Shown one piece after another: positions 25,711 to 49,864 of a DNA stretch of 64,000 nt. Below the pieces are notes generated by a model. That model saw only the letters and a list, made by a program, of their open reading frames with translations, searched no databases and was not told the DNA's origin. The stretch comes from the human T2T-CHM13v2.0 reference genome, Homo sapiens. The DNA is taken from assembly GCF_009914755.1 (NCBI RefSeq), contig NC_060944.1; one strand, given 5' to 3'. The position numbers and the translations under genes were made by a program. Position 1 is the first letter of the stretch. Each line of letters opens with the position of its first letter.

Positions 25711-26499
25711 CTAGGGCTTCCCCACTCCTGTCTGGTACCCTCCACATGTCTGAGTGTCCCTCCTTGTGGCAAGGGGACAGCCACAAAATGGGTTCCCTCT
25801 TCTGAGCCTCTCCGCTCTCAGGGAGGAGAAACCTGCCCAGAGTCCCCACCCCTAAATCCCTCCAGACTGGACAAGCACCACCAGCCGGCTGCCTTCTTTG
25901 GGTTAGGCCAGCCAAAGCTCACCCCTAAGATTAGGTGTGCTCACAGGCCCCTGACAAAATGGGGTCCTGTTGGTGAGGAAGAGGAGGGACGGGACTGGCT
26001 GCTGGGTCAGTAACTGGGGTATTTGTCCCCGGCCCCAGGCTGGAAGGCATTGGTAGACTTGTACAGATCACTTCACTTGTGGGGACCCTGTGGCACAGAG
26101 AGACCCCGTGGCTTGTCCGGGACCACACAGCTAAGCCGGGCAGAACTACTGAGCGAGGAGCCTATCAGTCCTGGTTCCCAAGCTCCCTGCCCCAGCCTGC
26201 CCCTGGCCTCCCAGTGCCTTGGCCTGCCTCACATGCCTGGGCTTGGCCCCAGGTTATCTTCAGAGCCATCCCATCCTGCCTCCCTGACTGACCATGCCAC
26301 TTCCCGCTCAAAACCTGTCCATGGCTCCCCATTGCCCTCTGGACAATGCCCAGACATGTCCAACAGGCCTGCAGGTCTGGCCCTGCTAACTCTCACCTTT
26401 GTCCACTCCCCCGAGTGACACACCGTTGTCCCCAGCCCCCAAGGGTACGCCAATTCCAGGCAGTGCTGCCGGGTCTTCTCTGTTGGTGCCTTTTATGTG

Positions 26500-31793
<5,294 letters not shown>

Positions 31794-32156
31794 TGAGTTT
31801 CATCTTTCCTGCCCCTACCCCTAACCTTAGCTAAACCAACCTCCTCCTCCCGCTTCAGGTCAATGTGGAGCCCTAGACATGCTTTATTCACGTGTTTCCC
31901 TGTCTTTCTGCCCTACTAGAGAGTGGTCCTTTCGGTCACTACATCCCCCGGACCCGCCATGGACCCAACCCTGGGTCTTGGGTAAATGACCAGTCGAGTT
32001 GGTGTGTCCTCTGCCTGCCCAGGCCCAGCAGCAGTGAAGGGCACGAATTATCAGCACAGGGGCATTTGCAGTCCTTCTTGGCTAAGGAGGATCCCGGCTT
32101 TGCCTCCTGGTTTCTCCGTCCTTCCCTAGCCCCGCTGTAGCAATCATCTAGGATTT

Positions 32157-32985
<829 letters not shown>

Positions 32986-35790
32986 GGCATGAAGCCAGGA
33001 GGAAAGGAGACTAAGCTTTGGAACAGATTTTTTCAAGGTGGAAAAATCCAAGGTTGAAGAGAAAGGTGGACAAGCAGCTGCAGGGAAGCCGTGAGGGAGG
33101 CAGCTAAAAGCAGCCGTCTAAGCAGCACTGCCGAGTCACTCCACAGTGCCAACCACACACCCAGTGCCAACCACATTCTGGCCACGGAAGCGGTTTCACT
33201 CTCAGACTGAGTTGCAGGGGCTCGCAGCTTTGCAGGTGTTGTAGACCCACCTGGGCCACGCCCAAGCCTGTCCCTGGGTTTCTTCAGTAGAGGAAACATT
33301 TAGGGTTTAGGCCACTTCGCATCATTTCCATCATCTCATGATTGAAGGTCAATTCGCCGAGGCTGTCGCATGCAGACACGCGTGCCTGGTATCTCATTCC
33401 CCCTATTGCTCACACTTCACTTTCCCCTCCTCAGTCCCAGAGGCCGGACCTCCCCAGCTTGATGTCATCCTTTGGGTGGAAGGGAGGAAGGCAGGTGAGA
33501 GGGGCTCTCTCTGGAGGCTCCTGGTTTCTGAGACAGGCTAATTACAGGCTTCCTAATTAATGAGCCATGGGGTTGCATTTCATCCGCTGAGTCAGAGCTG
33601 GTGTCTGGGCCCTGGGCCCAAGGGAAGGGTATCAAGAATCATGGGAGGGGGAGGCCAGCCTGTGCCTCTGTCTCCCCATGCTGATTCCCTGTCCCCTCCC
33701 TTTTCAAGCCCAGTTCTCTCCAGCAGTTTAGAGGACATTGTAGGCCTCAGCCCAGCTTTGCTCCCAACTCCCGCCTCTGCTTACTGACCTTCCTGGGCCT
33801 GTTCCACTGTCTGCCCTTCACACCTTCCCACTCCACCAGGACCACGCAGGCCTCCTTTGGTTACCGACTCTCACAAGGTTTTCCAACACCCAGTTTAGTT
33901 TCTCTTTCAAATTGGATCTTCTTTGGCCACGTGTATCCCACACTGGGGGCTCTGGAGAGAGGCAGTGCACTTCGGTAGGATCCTAATACCCAGAGCCCTG
34001 GGTCGTAGATAGGGCCGTTCTTGAGCCCGTCTGTGCGTCCTCCTCCCCACACCCTTCTCTCCCAGGAACTGCACACGACGAGTACTTTTCCATTCACATT
34101 TCAACCAGGAGATTCATCTATTTACATGAGACTAACTCCGCTGAGCCTTTATGGGGGAAGCATCTTTTATTTTTGTGCCTAGAGGTGTAATACTGAATTT
34201 CAAAGGCTGTGCTGGAGCCTGGTCATGAGGTTGTTATTCCATAATTAGACTCTGTTGTGCCTCTGGTTCTGGATTGCACAGTGGATTTGAAATCAAGTGA
34301 AGACATTTCTGTAGGTCGTGTAGGCAATCAGAGGGGCTCTTTGTGGTCTGAGCCTCTGTTTCATCCTAACTCCAAGTGGGGATTAAATAAGATAATACAT
34401 AGGCATTTAGTGCAATGCCTAGGACATTGTTTATTCAATATATAAACTTTTATTAAAGCTTTTGAATGCAAAGGTTTTTAACATGCATGGATGGCCTTCA
34501 AGGTCTCCATAATCTCCTTGATAAAATCATGCATGTGTAAAGCACTTGCTTCTGGGCCCATAGGCTGGACACAGCTGGCCCCTCCACAGAGGGTGACATG
34601 GCTCCTCAGCCCTGCAAAGATTGGCTCTGGGTGCCCAGGCTGCCTGCTGGTGGGGCTGGAATTCTTTTCATATTTTTTCAGGGGATCTTTGGACTAGAAT
34701 CCTAGATGTAGGATGGCTGGGTAGAAGGGTACATGCATACGTGACTCAGCCAGATATTGCCACATTCCCCGCCAAAGATTGTACCCTTTGTATTCTGAGC
34801 ATTAGTATATGACAGCTCCTGTTTACCTGAAGTCTCACCTACAGATTGTGACCAAACATGGAGATTTTTGCCAATCTGCTAAGCAAGAAGTAGTTTTTCA
34901 TGGTCCTCTTTATTTCATCATATTATGAGTGAGGCTGAACATTGTTTACATGTTTAAAAGCCATTTGTATTTCTTTGTGAATCTGTTATTTTTAGAAGCT
35001 ATATGTTATGGGTATTAACCATTTAATACAGGTTGCAAATATATTTTCCAAGCTTGTAATTTTCGTTTTTACTTGCTAATGAATTTTGCCATGTAAGAGG
35101 GTTTTTGGTTTGTTTTGAGACAGGGTCTCCCTCTGTCGCACAGGTAGAGACAGGGTTTCATCATGTTGCCAGGCTGGTCTCAAACTCCTGACCTCAGGTG
35201 ATCCGCCCACCTTGGCCTCCCAAAGTGCTGGGATTACAGTGGCTCGATCTCGGCTCACTGCAACCTCTGCTTCCCAAGCTCAAGTGATTCTCTTGCCTTG
35301 GCCTTCTGAGTAGCTGGGACTACAGGCATGCACCACCATGCCTGGCTAATTTTTGTATTTTTTTTAGAGACAGGGTCTCCCTGTGTTGCCCAGGCTGGTC
35401 TCAAACTCCTGGGCTCAAATGATTCTCCCTCCTTGGCCTCCCAAAGAGTTGGAAGTACAGGCGTGAGCCACCACGCCCGGCTGTTTTTTTTGTTTGTTCT
35501 ATTTTGTTTCTTAAGGTAGTCAAATCTATCAGTCTTTTTCCTTACTGAATCTGAATTTTTTTGTTTGTTTGTTTTAGATGGAGTTTTGCTCTGTCGCCCA
35601 GGCTGGAGTACAGTGGTGCCATCTCGGCTCCCTGCAACCTCTGCCTCCTGGGTTCAAGTGATTCTCCCACGTCAGCCTCCTGAGTAGCTGGGATTACAGG
35701 CACCCGCCACGACGCCGGCTAATTTTTGTATTTTTAGTAGAGACGGGGTTTCACCATGTTGGCCAAGGTGGTCTCTAACTCCTGACCTCA

Positions 35791-35919
<129 letters not shown>

Positions 35920-37010
35920 TTATCTCTAGTTCTTCCATGGTTTCATTCGCCCAGTGACTGCAGCGCCACCTGTGGAAAGGTCAGTTTTCCACCATTCCTG
36001 CCTTGCAGTACACAAAATTTCCATGTGTAGTTGGGCCTGCCTATGGGTTTTTCATTCTGTTCTGTTCATCTGCCTGTGTATTCGTGGGTTAGTTCTCCCC
36101 ACCCACAAACCAAACTGTTCTTTTTCAGAGTTTTCCTGGCTACCTTGACTTATTCTTACAAATGAGCTTTATTTTTATTTTTTTTTGAGATGGAGTTTTG
36201 CTCTTGTTGCCCAGGCTGGAGTGCAGTGGTGCGATCCTGGCTAGTGAGATCACTTGAACCTCTGCCTCCCGGGTTCAAGCGATTCTCCTGCCTCAGCCTC
36301 CTGAGTAGCTGGGATTACAGACGTGCGCCACCACACCCGGCTAATTTTTTGTCTTTTTAGTAGAGACAGGGTTTCACCATGTTGGCCAGGTCTCAAACTC
36401 TCGACCTCAGGTGATCCACCTACCTCGGCCTCCCAAAGTGCTGGGATTACAGGCATAAACCACCGTGCCCGGCCTACAAATGAGCTTTACAAGAAGAGTA
36501 TCTAACGACAAAGGCAAATGTCCATGAGATAGTGTTAGAAATAGCAGGCAACAGACCCACACACTATATACCTAGAAATATTTTTTTCTTTACAGAAAAA
36601 CATTGAAAGGGAAAACATCAAGATGTTTGTGTGGTGCTCACTTGATAGCCGGGTTAAGGGTAGCGTTATCCTATTATTGGTGAAAACCCGGAGGGAATAA
36701 ACTTGACCCTCCCAAGTCTTCCTCCTTTGTCCTCACCTTAGTCCTGTGCCACTCTGGAGATCTTGTCACCCCTCTTGGCACAGACAGAGCCATTTCAGGC
36801 ACCTCTCTGCAAGGGAGGGAGTGCATTACAGCCAGGTGGAGCCTGGGTGCACCGCTTCTGCCCAGCGGGGGAGGAAGGCAGGTGGGGTTCAAGCCTGTCT
36901 GATTTTGTACACCATTGTTTTGCTCTCCTGCCCCCATGGGGGGGGGGGCTTTCCTCCTCTCCCAGGTGACAGTTCATAAGAGGGAAGGGCGACAAGCTCT
37001 TATTTTGGCC

Positions 37011-37502
37011 CAGCACTGTCCAGGAGAACTTTCGGTGATGGTGGAAATGGTCTCTATCTGTGCTGTCCAATATAGGACCCACCTGTGCTGATCATAACTC
37101 CCAAAACAGGATCCCCATCACCATAATCCTAAATGTTGAAATCCTGAAAGATCAAAATCCCTGAAGTCTGAAATCCTAAAAATCACAATCTCAAAAGTCC
37201 AAATTTAAGAAGACTTAATTGTACCTAATTTCAAATCTGTCACTTATGGTTTGGGGATTCAATTAGACATCAGGGATTTTAGACTTCAGGGATTTTGATC
37301 TTTAGGGATTTCAACATTCGGTGTTATGGCCTTTGGGACTGTGTCTTTTGGGATTATGGCCGAAACCCAGTAGCCACTAACCCCATGTGACTATCAAGCA
37401 CTTTAAATGTAGGTGGTGTGAGTAATGAACCGAGTTTAAAAATTCATTTACTTTTAATTAAATAGCCACTGTGGCTAGTGGCTACTCTACTGGACAGTGC
37501 GG
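37011..37502. mobile_element. MER3 (hAT-Charlie MITE) split by a nested element
   Basis: Left part CAGCACTGTCCAGGAGAACTTTCGGTGATGGTGGAAATG...GTGCTGTCCAATA; right part TAGCCACTAACCCCATGTGACTA...GTGGCTAGTGGCTACTCTACTGGACAGTGC. Confidence 0.75.
37083..37368. mobile_element. Ricksha (MULE-MuDR) non-autonomous element
   Basis: About 90-bp imperfect terminal inverted repeats (AATGTTGAAATCCTGAAAGATCAAAATCCCTGAAGTCT / AGACTTCAGGGATTTTGATCTTTAGGGATTTCAACATT), ending in AAACCC. Confidence 0.75.
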
Positions 37503-38488
37503 TTTTCACTAATTCACAACCCAGCCCTGCCCCTTCCAATCCAGAACTGGAAGGAAAGAGCCTGCACTGGCAAACACGCTGAGCAGCCAGGTGAGGTGAC
37601 AGCAGGCCTAGCCGGGGGGGGCCAGCTCTGAAGCCAGGACCTGCTCAACGAAGGCCCACAGGAGTCCTGGGGGAGAAATCAGCCTGAAGCAGCTTCCCAC
37701 CCCAGTGGCCATCACAATGGCAGCCAGCCCAGCCTCACAATGTCACAATACCACAGGCAGGAGGCCGGGCAGGCAAAGTGGTTTCCTCCAGGGCAGGACT
37801 CTTTGTCTGCAGACCTACTTACAGCCACCGAGCGTCAGAAGGCCCATCTCCTGGGGAATGGAAAAGTGCCCAGCCGCTGGGAGGCCTCAAGCTGGAGAGC
37901 TACGGGGGAAGCAGGGCAGGTGTGGGGCTGGGAGAAGCTACTAAGCCCCACACCCCAGGTGCTCTGGGGCCTCGCAGCCCAGCTGCAGGGAGATGGAACA
38001 CTGTGAGCAGCTGTTCTTCTTCCTGGCCATTTGGTTCATCTACTTCTTTTCTGATGCCAACCTCTCTTCCACCTACTCAGGGGCTGGAAGGGCGACTGGA
38101 GAGCCAAGCCCCTGCGAGTGAGGACAGAGAATGGCCAAAGGCAGAGCCACAGGGTAGACCTTTGCACCTTGGGAGGAGAGATTTGGAGAATGGTGCTGCC
38201 TGGGCCCCTTTGCCCCCACCAAACCGCAGGGGTACCATGGCCCTGACCTGCGTTCAGAGGGCCGAGTCAATGTCACAGGAAGGGGAAGAGACATGTGCCC
38301 ACAGACCCTGTGGTCATGGAGGGGGTGGAAGATCTCTGGAGGGCAGCAGGGCCACAGCAAGGCTCTGAGGTCCTGAGTCTTCTCCGTCCGTGGACTTAAA
38401 CTCTGCGTGTTTACAGCTGTTCTGTGCCTGGGTCCAGGCTCTAGTGAGAAATAAACTGCCTTCAGAGCCAGGTGACAGCAAAAGAAAT

Positions 38489-38494
38489 TTTATT
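38489..38494 (-). terminator. UBOX5 distal polyadenylation signal
   Basis: TTTATT on the + strand about 2.5 kb beyond the stop codon, consistent with a long 3'UTR. Confidence 0.7.
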
Positions 38495-39010
38495 CCCATT
38501 TTCTAGGGGACAGAAACAGAGCCCAGTGGTGCCTAGCATGTTTCTGGCAAGGGTAGTGAAAAGACCACTTCCTTTTGGGGGAAGTCTTTCAATTAAGAAA
38601 AACACACGCAACTCCTGGGGGTGGCTCCACCTGTACCCAGGACAGGGCCTGCCACTCCAGGGGCTCCCAGGCTGGATTTTCCACCAGAGCAGTCTTGGGG
38701 GCAGGAGCCTGTTAGAAATGCAGATCCCCAGGGACCTGCAGCGGTCTGGGCAGTACCTCCAACACAGCTGCTTAAGGGGAGGCAGTCCGGCCCTCATCTG
38801 GGAGCGCCGTGCTGACGCTGACTGCACGCTAGGGCTCTCGGGGTTGGGTGGACAGGGTTTCTCCGAGAGATGGGCTCCCAGCAGCCAGAGCACACTGTGG
38901 GTGTCAAGCTGCTGGTGGGAAGCAGGCTGTTCCCTGAGACCATGACAGGGTGAAGGTGGGAATCACCAGCCCCCACACTCACCAAGAAATGCTTTTGCTA
39001 CATGCTGGGG

Positions 39011-39852
<842 letters not shown>

Positions 39853-40525
39853 GCAACTAACCCCAAACCCAGATCTCTAAAGTATTGGGTGTGGACTAGA
39901 GCTCTGGACGGCCTAAAGGAAAGGAATGTGCCGGTTCACAGGGACCCGCGGCTAAGCTCAAGGGTAAAATACAGCTTTACAAAGCATCTTTAGGCTGTTC
40001 CTTCCCAAACGTGCTTAGAAGGGAACAGGGAAAGGCGGGTGTGTTTTCTCACTGAGGTTCTTCTAGTGGCTGGAATCTGATAGAGTACCAAGTTGTAGGG
40101 ATATGGATATATTTTCCCTTTGGCACTCCATAAAGCTAAATGTTGGGCTGAAAAAAGGATGCAGCCTATAAACAAGTATTTTTCCTGAAACCAACTGCAT
40201 GAGGAAACGCTGCGCTCCCCCTCAGGGAGCAGTTTCTGAAGCCAGCTGAGCACAGCTGGCACTGGCCAGAGGGAGCCCTCCACCCTCCCACCACGTATGC
40301 CCACCTGCAAACCTGGGTTCTGAGTCCCCATGCAGGGGACAGACCTGAAAATTCCAGTTTGTGTCCTTTCAGGTCGTCGACAGGAATGACAGCCTGGCAA
40401 GCTGCAGTGACTGCACACAGCTACCCTGTGAGCTCCACTTGTGTGGGTGCAGGTGGGCGACAGGAGTGTGTGACACAGACAGGCACTCCACCAGGAGGAA
40501 ACCCACAGCAGACGTCAACCATCGC

Positions 40526-40531
40526 TTTATT
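40526..40531 (-). terminator. UBOX5 candidate proximal polyadenylation signal
   Basis: AATAAA on the minus strand about 470 nt after the stop, followed by GT-rich sequence (TCTGCTGTGGGTTTCC). Confidence 0.5.
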
Positions 40532-41003
40532 AAGGCTGCGAGTCGGGGGGCTGAGTCATGCACTCCACAGACACCCCCACTGCTCCCAAGGTCCACTTTT
40601 GGATGACCCTGAAGGCAGAGACTCCTGAGATCTGGGCCACAATCTAGGGTGAGCCACCCACAGTGCCCTGCTGGACAGGGGGGTATGCGGACTGCACGGG
40701 GGGGCCCTCAGCAGGGGTCTTCCTGCCTAGGGTGGGGCTGGCTCCAGTGGGTCCTGGGCTCAGGCAGTGGGGGTGGCAGGGAGGCAGGGACATCCCCCCG
40801 CCCTCTGGCCTATGGCTTTGTTGCCCTATTGCCACCAGCGCAGAAGCAATGTGCTATACCGTGAGGTGATGAAGAAGAGCCCCGGGAGGGAGCAGGCAGC
40901 TCTGTGCCTGGGGCCTGGCCAGACCTCAGGGGTGCTGTGGCCCTGCTCCTGTTCCCCCTCAGCTCCTCCCAGCAATGGGTCTCCTCCAGTGGAGGTCAGT
41001 CAC

Positions 41004-41212
41004 TCAGAAGTGGACCCGCAGCACGTCTTGGCTAGCAACCGGCCGCTGGCAGGCTGTGCACGTCATGGGCAGGGAGCGTTGCTTCTCACCCAGGCAGGGT
41101 CGGCACAGGAGGTGGCCGCAGGGCAGCTGGTACACCGGCTCCTTTTTGAAGTAGGGAGAAAATACTCTTTTGCAGGAGGCACATTCGGGGCCCAGGATGC
41201 TCCCAGGCTGCT
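41004..41212 (-). CDS. UBOX5: UBOX5 last coding exon (C-terminal RING finger)
   Basis: Acceptor TTTACCAG|AG; EQPGSILGPECASCKRVFSPYFKKEPVYQLPCGHLLCRPCLGEKQRSLPMTCTACQRPVASQDVLRVHF-TGA. Total CDS 54+1201+162+209=1626 nt = 541 aa. Confidence 0.95.
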
Positions 41213-41513
41213 CTGGTAAATCAGGAAGGAAAACAGGCCAGGGTTAGGAAAGCTGCTCCATGGTCCAGGCTGCTCTGAGGGGCAGAGCCTTCCCACCGTG
41301 CTGCTGCAGCATCTGGCTTCATCCCTCCCGAGTCCATCCCAGTCTGATCAGGTAGGGGAGTGGAAGCGGGAGAGGGAGCCTGGGAACCCGGGAGGCCTCT
41401 TCTCTATCATCTTTGACCAAATCTCAGTGCCTCTACGAATGCTTGAGAAGAGCTGGCTTCTGAGGGCAGCAGGCAGGACTGGGCCCTTCCTCCTGGTCTC
41501 CCAGCAAGGTTTA

Positions 41514-41855
<342 letters not shown>

Positions 41856-43569
41856 CTAGCTCCTGCTCCCTTCAGCCCTGCAGCCTGCAGCCCCCTCACT
41901 GCCACTGGCAGCCCTGCTCCTGACTCCTCAGTCCCCCTCCTGTGCTGCCCTGGCCCTCTCGGCAGGCTCTCCCTTCTTCCGCAACTCCTTCAGGGCATCC
42001 TTGAATGAGGGTCACAGTGAGCAGCTCTGGCCATGCCCCACCAGGCTGCACCCACGGCTCTTCCTTTCCTCATGGCCCCTCTGGAGAGTGACAGGGGATG
42101 GGCTTGCCTGTCCTCCTTGTGGTCCATGTCTCCATTCCTAGCCACTACTCTCTGGAGGACCCCAAAGGAACCTCAAACCAATTTGCTTCAGAATTGTTTC
42201 TTAACCCCCCTTCTCTCTGTCCATTTCATCACCATAATCCAGGCCGCTCGACACATCTCTTCCTAACTATTCACCTGCTCCAGGCTTGTCTTCTCAATCT
42301 GTCCTCAAAGCTGCCTCCAATGACCCACCTATGTAACTTGACCACCCCATAACTCTGCTTTCTACCTCTTAGGAGCTTCCCAACTTTCGGGACAGTCAAG
42401 ACTCCCTGCACGGCCCACCCAGCCTCCTCACCTCTCTTCACACCAGTCTCAACTTTTAGAGTCCAGCAGCTTCCAATCACTTCTTTGCACACTCTGCGCT
42501 GCTGGCCTCCTCACTTTGTGCTTGCTGTTCCCTCTGCCTAGAATGCCCTTATCTGGAGACCTGGCTTAGACCACACCCATTCCATGACGCCACCCCGGAT
42601 TGCCCCTTTCCTGTGCTTTCAGAGCCCACCAGCCCTTCTCAGCCTCCAAGGTAGGATGCCTACTTCCTCCCCAGGCTTTGCAGGTCCTGAGGGTCAGGAC
42701 TATGTCCATGTTTCTCATCCGGCCTCAGGACCTGGCGCAGCACCTCACAGGGCAAGTGCTCCATCCACATGTGATGAATGGACCTGCCATCTACACTCGG
42801 GCACCAGGCACCAAAGAAGGGAGGGCAGGGGTGCCCTACACGGGGAGCAGGAACTGAAGTGTTCCTGCCTCCGCATCCCTGAGAACTGTAGCCAGGAAAG
42901 AGTGGCCTGGCTGCGGGTGTTTTCTTTGGGCCAAACATTAAGCAACATAAAAGTACCGGGTGCCTCTCCTGTGCACACAAGCCAAAAATTCCCCAGTGAG
43001 TGGAAAGTTGAACCTCTACAGGGAAGGGAAGGAGGGAGGAATGAAGGTGGGGAGGGAGGGGGGAAAGAAGGGAGGGGAGGAAGCAGGAGGAAAGAGCCAC
43101 TGACTGCTTTTCAGTGGTGCCCCTTTCATGCAGGCTCTGCCAGAGGCTTCAGAGATCTGCCTGACCCACAGTGCATGATGAGAATTTATTTTCCATCAGT
43201 TTTAAAAAGCACACCTGGCACAACACCACAGAAGCATGCAAGGGCCCCAATTGCCCCCAGCACTGACCAGAAGTCCCATTAAAAGATCTCAGAGGCCCAG
43301 AGCCCCAGGGGCAGTTTCAGTGACAGAAAAAAAAAAAAAAAAATCATCAAGGAAAAGACAATTATTGTGCCCTGGGCAGGATGGAAACCCAAGTATATAA
43401 CTGCAAACTGAGGTGACAGAGAGGATAAAAAAGAGGGCTTGCTTTGAAAAGGGTGGGCTAACATGGCCTCCTGTAGGAAGAGCTGTGAGAATAAAAAGGG
43501 GCCAGCCACACAGAATGAAAGGAGAGCAAGCACAAAGAACAGCCTATCCGTTAAAGAAAAAGACACAGT

Positions 43570-45905
<2,336 letters not shown>

Positions 45906-46202
45906 TTAACATTAGATCTCACAAGGAAACACATCAGAGGGTGGCCAAGCCCTACATCCACAGAATTACTAAGGATTGACTAAAGAAAGCCTTTCTTTTG
46001 GGGAGTTTAAGTTCATAGGCAGCCCCTCAACTACCCCTGGAAAAGGCAAGAGAACAGGTTCTCTCCCAGGGTGGGTGTTGGAACTGACGGGGAGGCTGGC
46101 CAGGCAGGTCCACAGAGCCCCCAGGGACTCGGCCCAGCATCCAGAGACAGAAAACAGACCACCCATTCCAAGGCTCCAAGGAGATGGCGGGGCCCATGTT
46201 AC

Positions 46203-46364
46203 CCGAGCCGGTGCCAGGCCTCCAGGAAGTGTTGCTCCCTCTTGTGCCAAGGTGCTGGAGCTGTCCCCTGGTCAGCCGTGCCGTGAAGGAGGGCATAGAG
46301 CCAAGGGTGGATGCCAAGGCAATTTCCAAGCTTTGTGACAGCTTCTGCTCGTGGGACAGTGGAC
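46203..46364 (-). CDS. UBOX5: UBOX5 162-nt symmetric (phase 1-1) coding exon
   Basis: Acceptor CTCGACAG|GT; GPLSHEQKLSQSLEIALASTLGSMPSFTARLTRGQLQHLGTRGSNTSWRPGTGS; donor CGG|GTAACA. Skipping it keeps the frame (487 aa). Confidence 0.93.
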
Positions 46365-46615
46365 CTGTCGAGAGATGCGCACAGCACAACATCCAGAGAC
46401 AGGCTCCGCAAAAGAGAACAGCCTCAAGTCCTTCGAGGGCTGTAAAAACGGCACCTCCAATCTCACACATCAATGTAATGAAACTCCATCCTAATGTCTA
46501 CTGGCGGACCATGACAGAACACCGGGAGGTAAAGCCCTAGGAACACCGGCAGTTCCTGCCCATCCCACCGGCTTCAGGCTTTTCTCCTCCTGGAGAAACT
46601 GCTGGGCAGACATGA

Positions 46616-46870
<255 letters not shown>

Positions 46871-47573
46871 TAGGAGATCTCCTGACCTCGTGATCCACCT
46901 GCCTCAGCCTCCCAAAGTGCCGGGATTACAGGCGTGAGCCACAGCGCCTGGCCTCCTTTCTAAAGGCCTCCTTGCTGGCCAAGAAAATAACTGGGGCAAG
47001 CAAACGCCAGCTTTGGACTGCTGCTCCCTGCCCCCCATTCCCTCCCCAGCGGCCTTAGTCTTCTCTTTCCCTAACTCCACCCTTCTGGGGACCCCACCAC
47101 CCCCCAGAGGGGTTCATCTGCATTTTCTAGGTGTTCATGTCCTCTCTCTCCTGTTAAGTAAAACAAAGCAGTTTTTACCGAATAGAACTAAGACCCCACG
47201 TTGACCACGCCACAATTTAGGGGACCTTTAGTGTAGGATCAACAGAAAGCCAAGCCATGGAATGAGGGTGAAGGCCAAAGGGGTAGGGGGACAGCTGCCC
47301 AAGAAAGACCCCAGGGACCTGTGTGGCAGAAAAATTTGCAATGCTGTCTCAAAGAGGAGAATGGAAACTTTTGTCCACTGTTTGCAGGACACAGGACATC
47401 AGCTCAGGGCCTTGAAGGAGCCCTAGTCAGCGTGGTCCTGAGTCACCAAGTCTGTCAAGGCCAACAGGACTGAGACCTCCACAAACTGACGCTGAAGTCT
47501 AAGGACCTTTTTCCTTGTTCCACCCCACTGCGCCTCAGATGTTTCCAGGAGTTTCTGAAGGTCATGTTAACTA

Positions 47574-48014
<441 letters not shown>

Positions 48015-48185
48015 TCAAAGAGCTACCCTCCACAAGCACCAAGCACTGACAATCACAAGGACTTCTACTAGACAGGCAGAGTGGGTATTCCAATACTATT
48101 CAATTGTTCCACAGCACAGAAAAGAAAAAATTCTAAATTCTTTCTATGGAACAAAAAAATCATCAATGACACCTGACCAAAGATG

Positions 48186-48186
<1 letters not shown>

Positions 48187-48225
<39 letters not shown>
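48187..48225. repeat. (CA)19 microsatellite
   Basis: Perfect CA run. Confidence 0.95.
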
Positions 48226-48227
<2 letters not shown>

Positions 48228-48470
48228 CAGTCCAACCCCACTAATGAATACAAAAATCCTAACACTAGCAAACAGAACCATTAAAATCTATTAACAGGGG
48301 CCAGGCGCTGTAGCTCATGCCTGTAATCCCAGAGTTTTGGGAGGCCAAGGCGGGTGGATTGCCTGAGCTCAGGAGTTTGTGACCAGCCTGGGCAACATGG
48401 TGAAACACCGTCTCTAATAAAATACGAAAAATTAGCCGGGTGTGGCGGCATGTGCCTGTAGTCCCAGCTA

Positions 48471-48779
<309 letters not shown>

Positions 48780-49669
48780 TCAGGAGGCTGAGGCAGGAAA
48801 ATCACTTGAATCCGGGAGGCGGAGGTTGCAGTGAGCAGAGATTGCGACACTGCACTCCAGCCAGGGCGACAGAATGAGACTCTGTCTCAAAAAATAAAAA
48901 TAAAAATAAAAAAAATTAGCCAGTATGGTGCTGTGCGCCTGTAGTCTTGGCTACCGAGGCAGGAGAATCACTTAAATCCCAGCAGCAGAGGTCGCAGTGA
49001 GCAGAGATTGCGTCACTGCTGCACTCCAGCCTGGGCGACAGAGGGAGACTGTTTCCAAAAAAACAAAACAAAAAGAAACCATTAACAGGCCGGGCACTAT
49101 CGCTCATGCCTGTAATCCCAGCACTTTGGGAGGCTGAGGCAGGTAGATAACCTGAGGTCAGGAGTTCAAGATCAGCTTGGCCAACATGACAAAACCCAGT
49201 CTATACTAAAAATACAAAAATTAGCTGGGCACGGTTGTGGGCACCTGTAATCCCAACTACTCTGGAGGCTGAGGCAGGAGAATTGCTTAGACCAGGAGGC
49301 AGAGGTTGCAGTGAGCCAAGATTGTGCTATTGCACTCCAGCCTGGGTGACAGAGTGAGACTCTGCCTCATAAAAATACAAAAATCAGCCAGGTGTAGTGG
49401 CTCACACCTGTAATCCCAGCACTTTGGGAGGCCGAGGTGGGTGGATCATGAGGTCAGGAGATCAAGACCATCCTGGCTAACACAGTGAAACCCCGTCTCT
49501 ACTAAAAGTATTAAAAAAATTAGCCAGGTGTGCTGGCGGGCGCCTGTAGTCCCAGCTACTCAGGAGGCTGAGGCAGGAGAATGGCGTGAACCAGGGAGGC
49601 GGAGCTGGCAGTGAGCCAAGATCGCGCCACTGCACTCCAGCCTGGGCGACAGAGCGAGACTCCGTCTCA

Positions 49670-49864
<195 letters not shown>

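Noticed and set aside
35958-35977. CTCF-like motif (TTCCACAGGTGGCGCTG, minus strand)
   Set aside because: The 3' half matches but the 5' CCASY portion is off; too weak to call without ChIP data.
42584-43282. 232-aa ORF in the UBOX5 last intron
   Set aside because: No domain; it overlaps L2-like and purine-rich low-complexity sequence.
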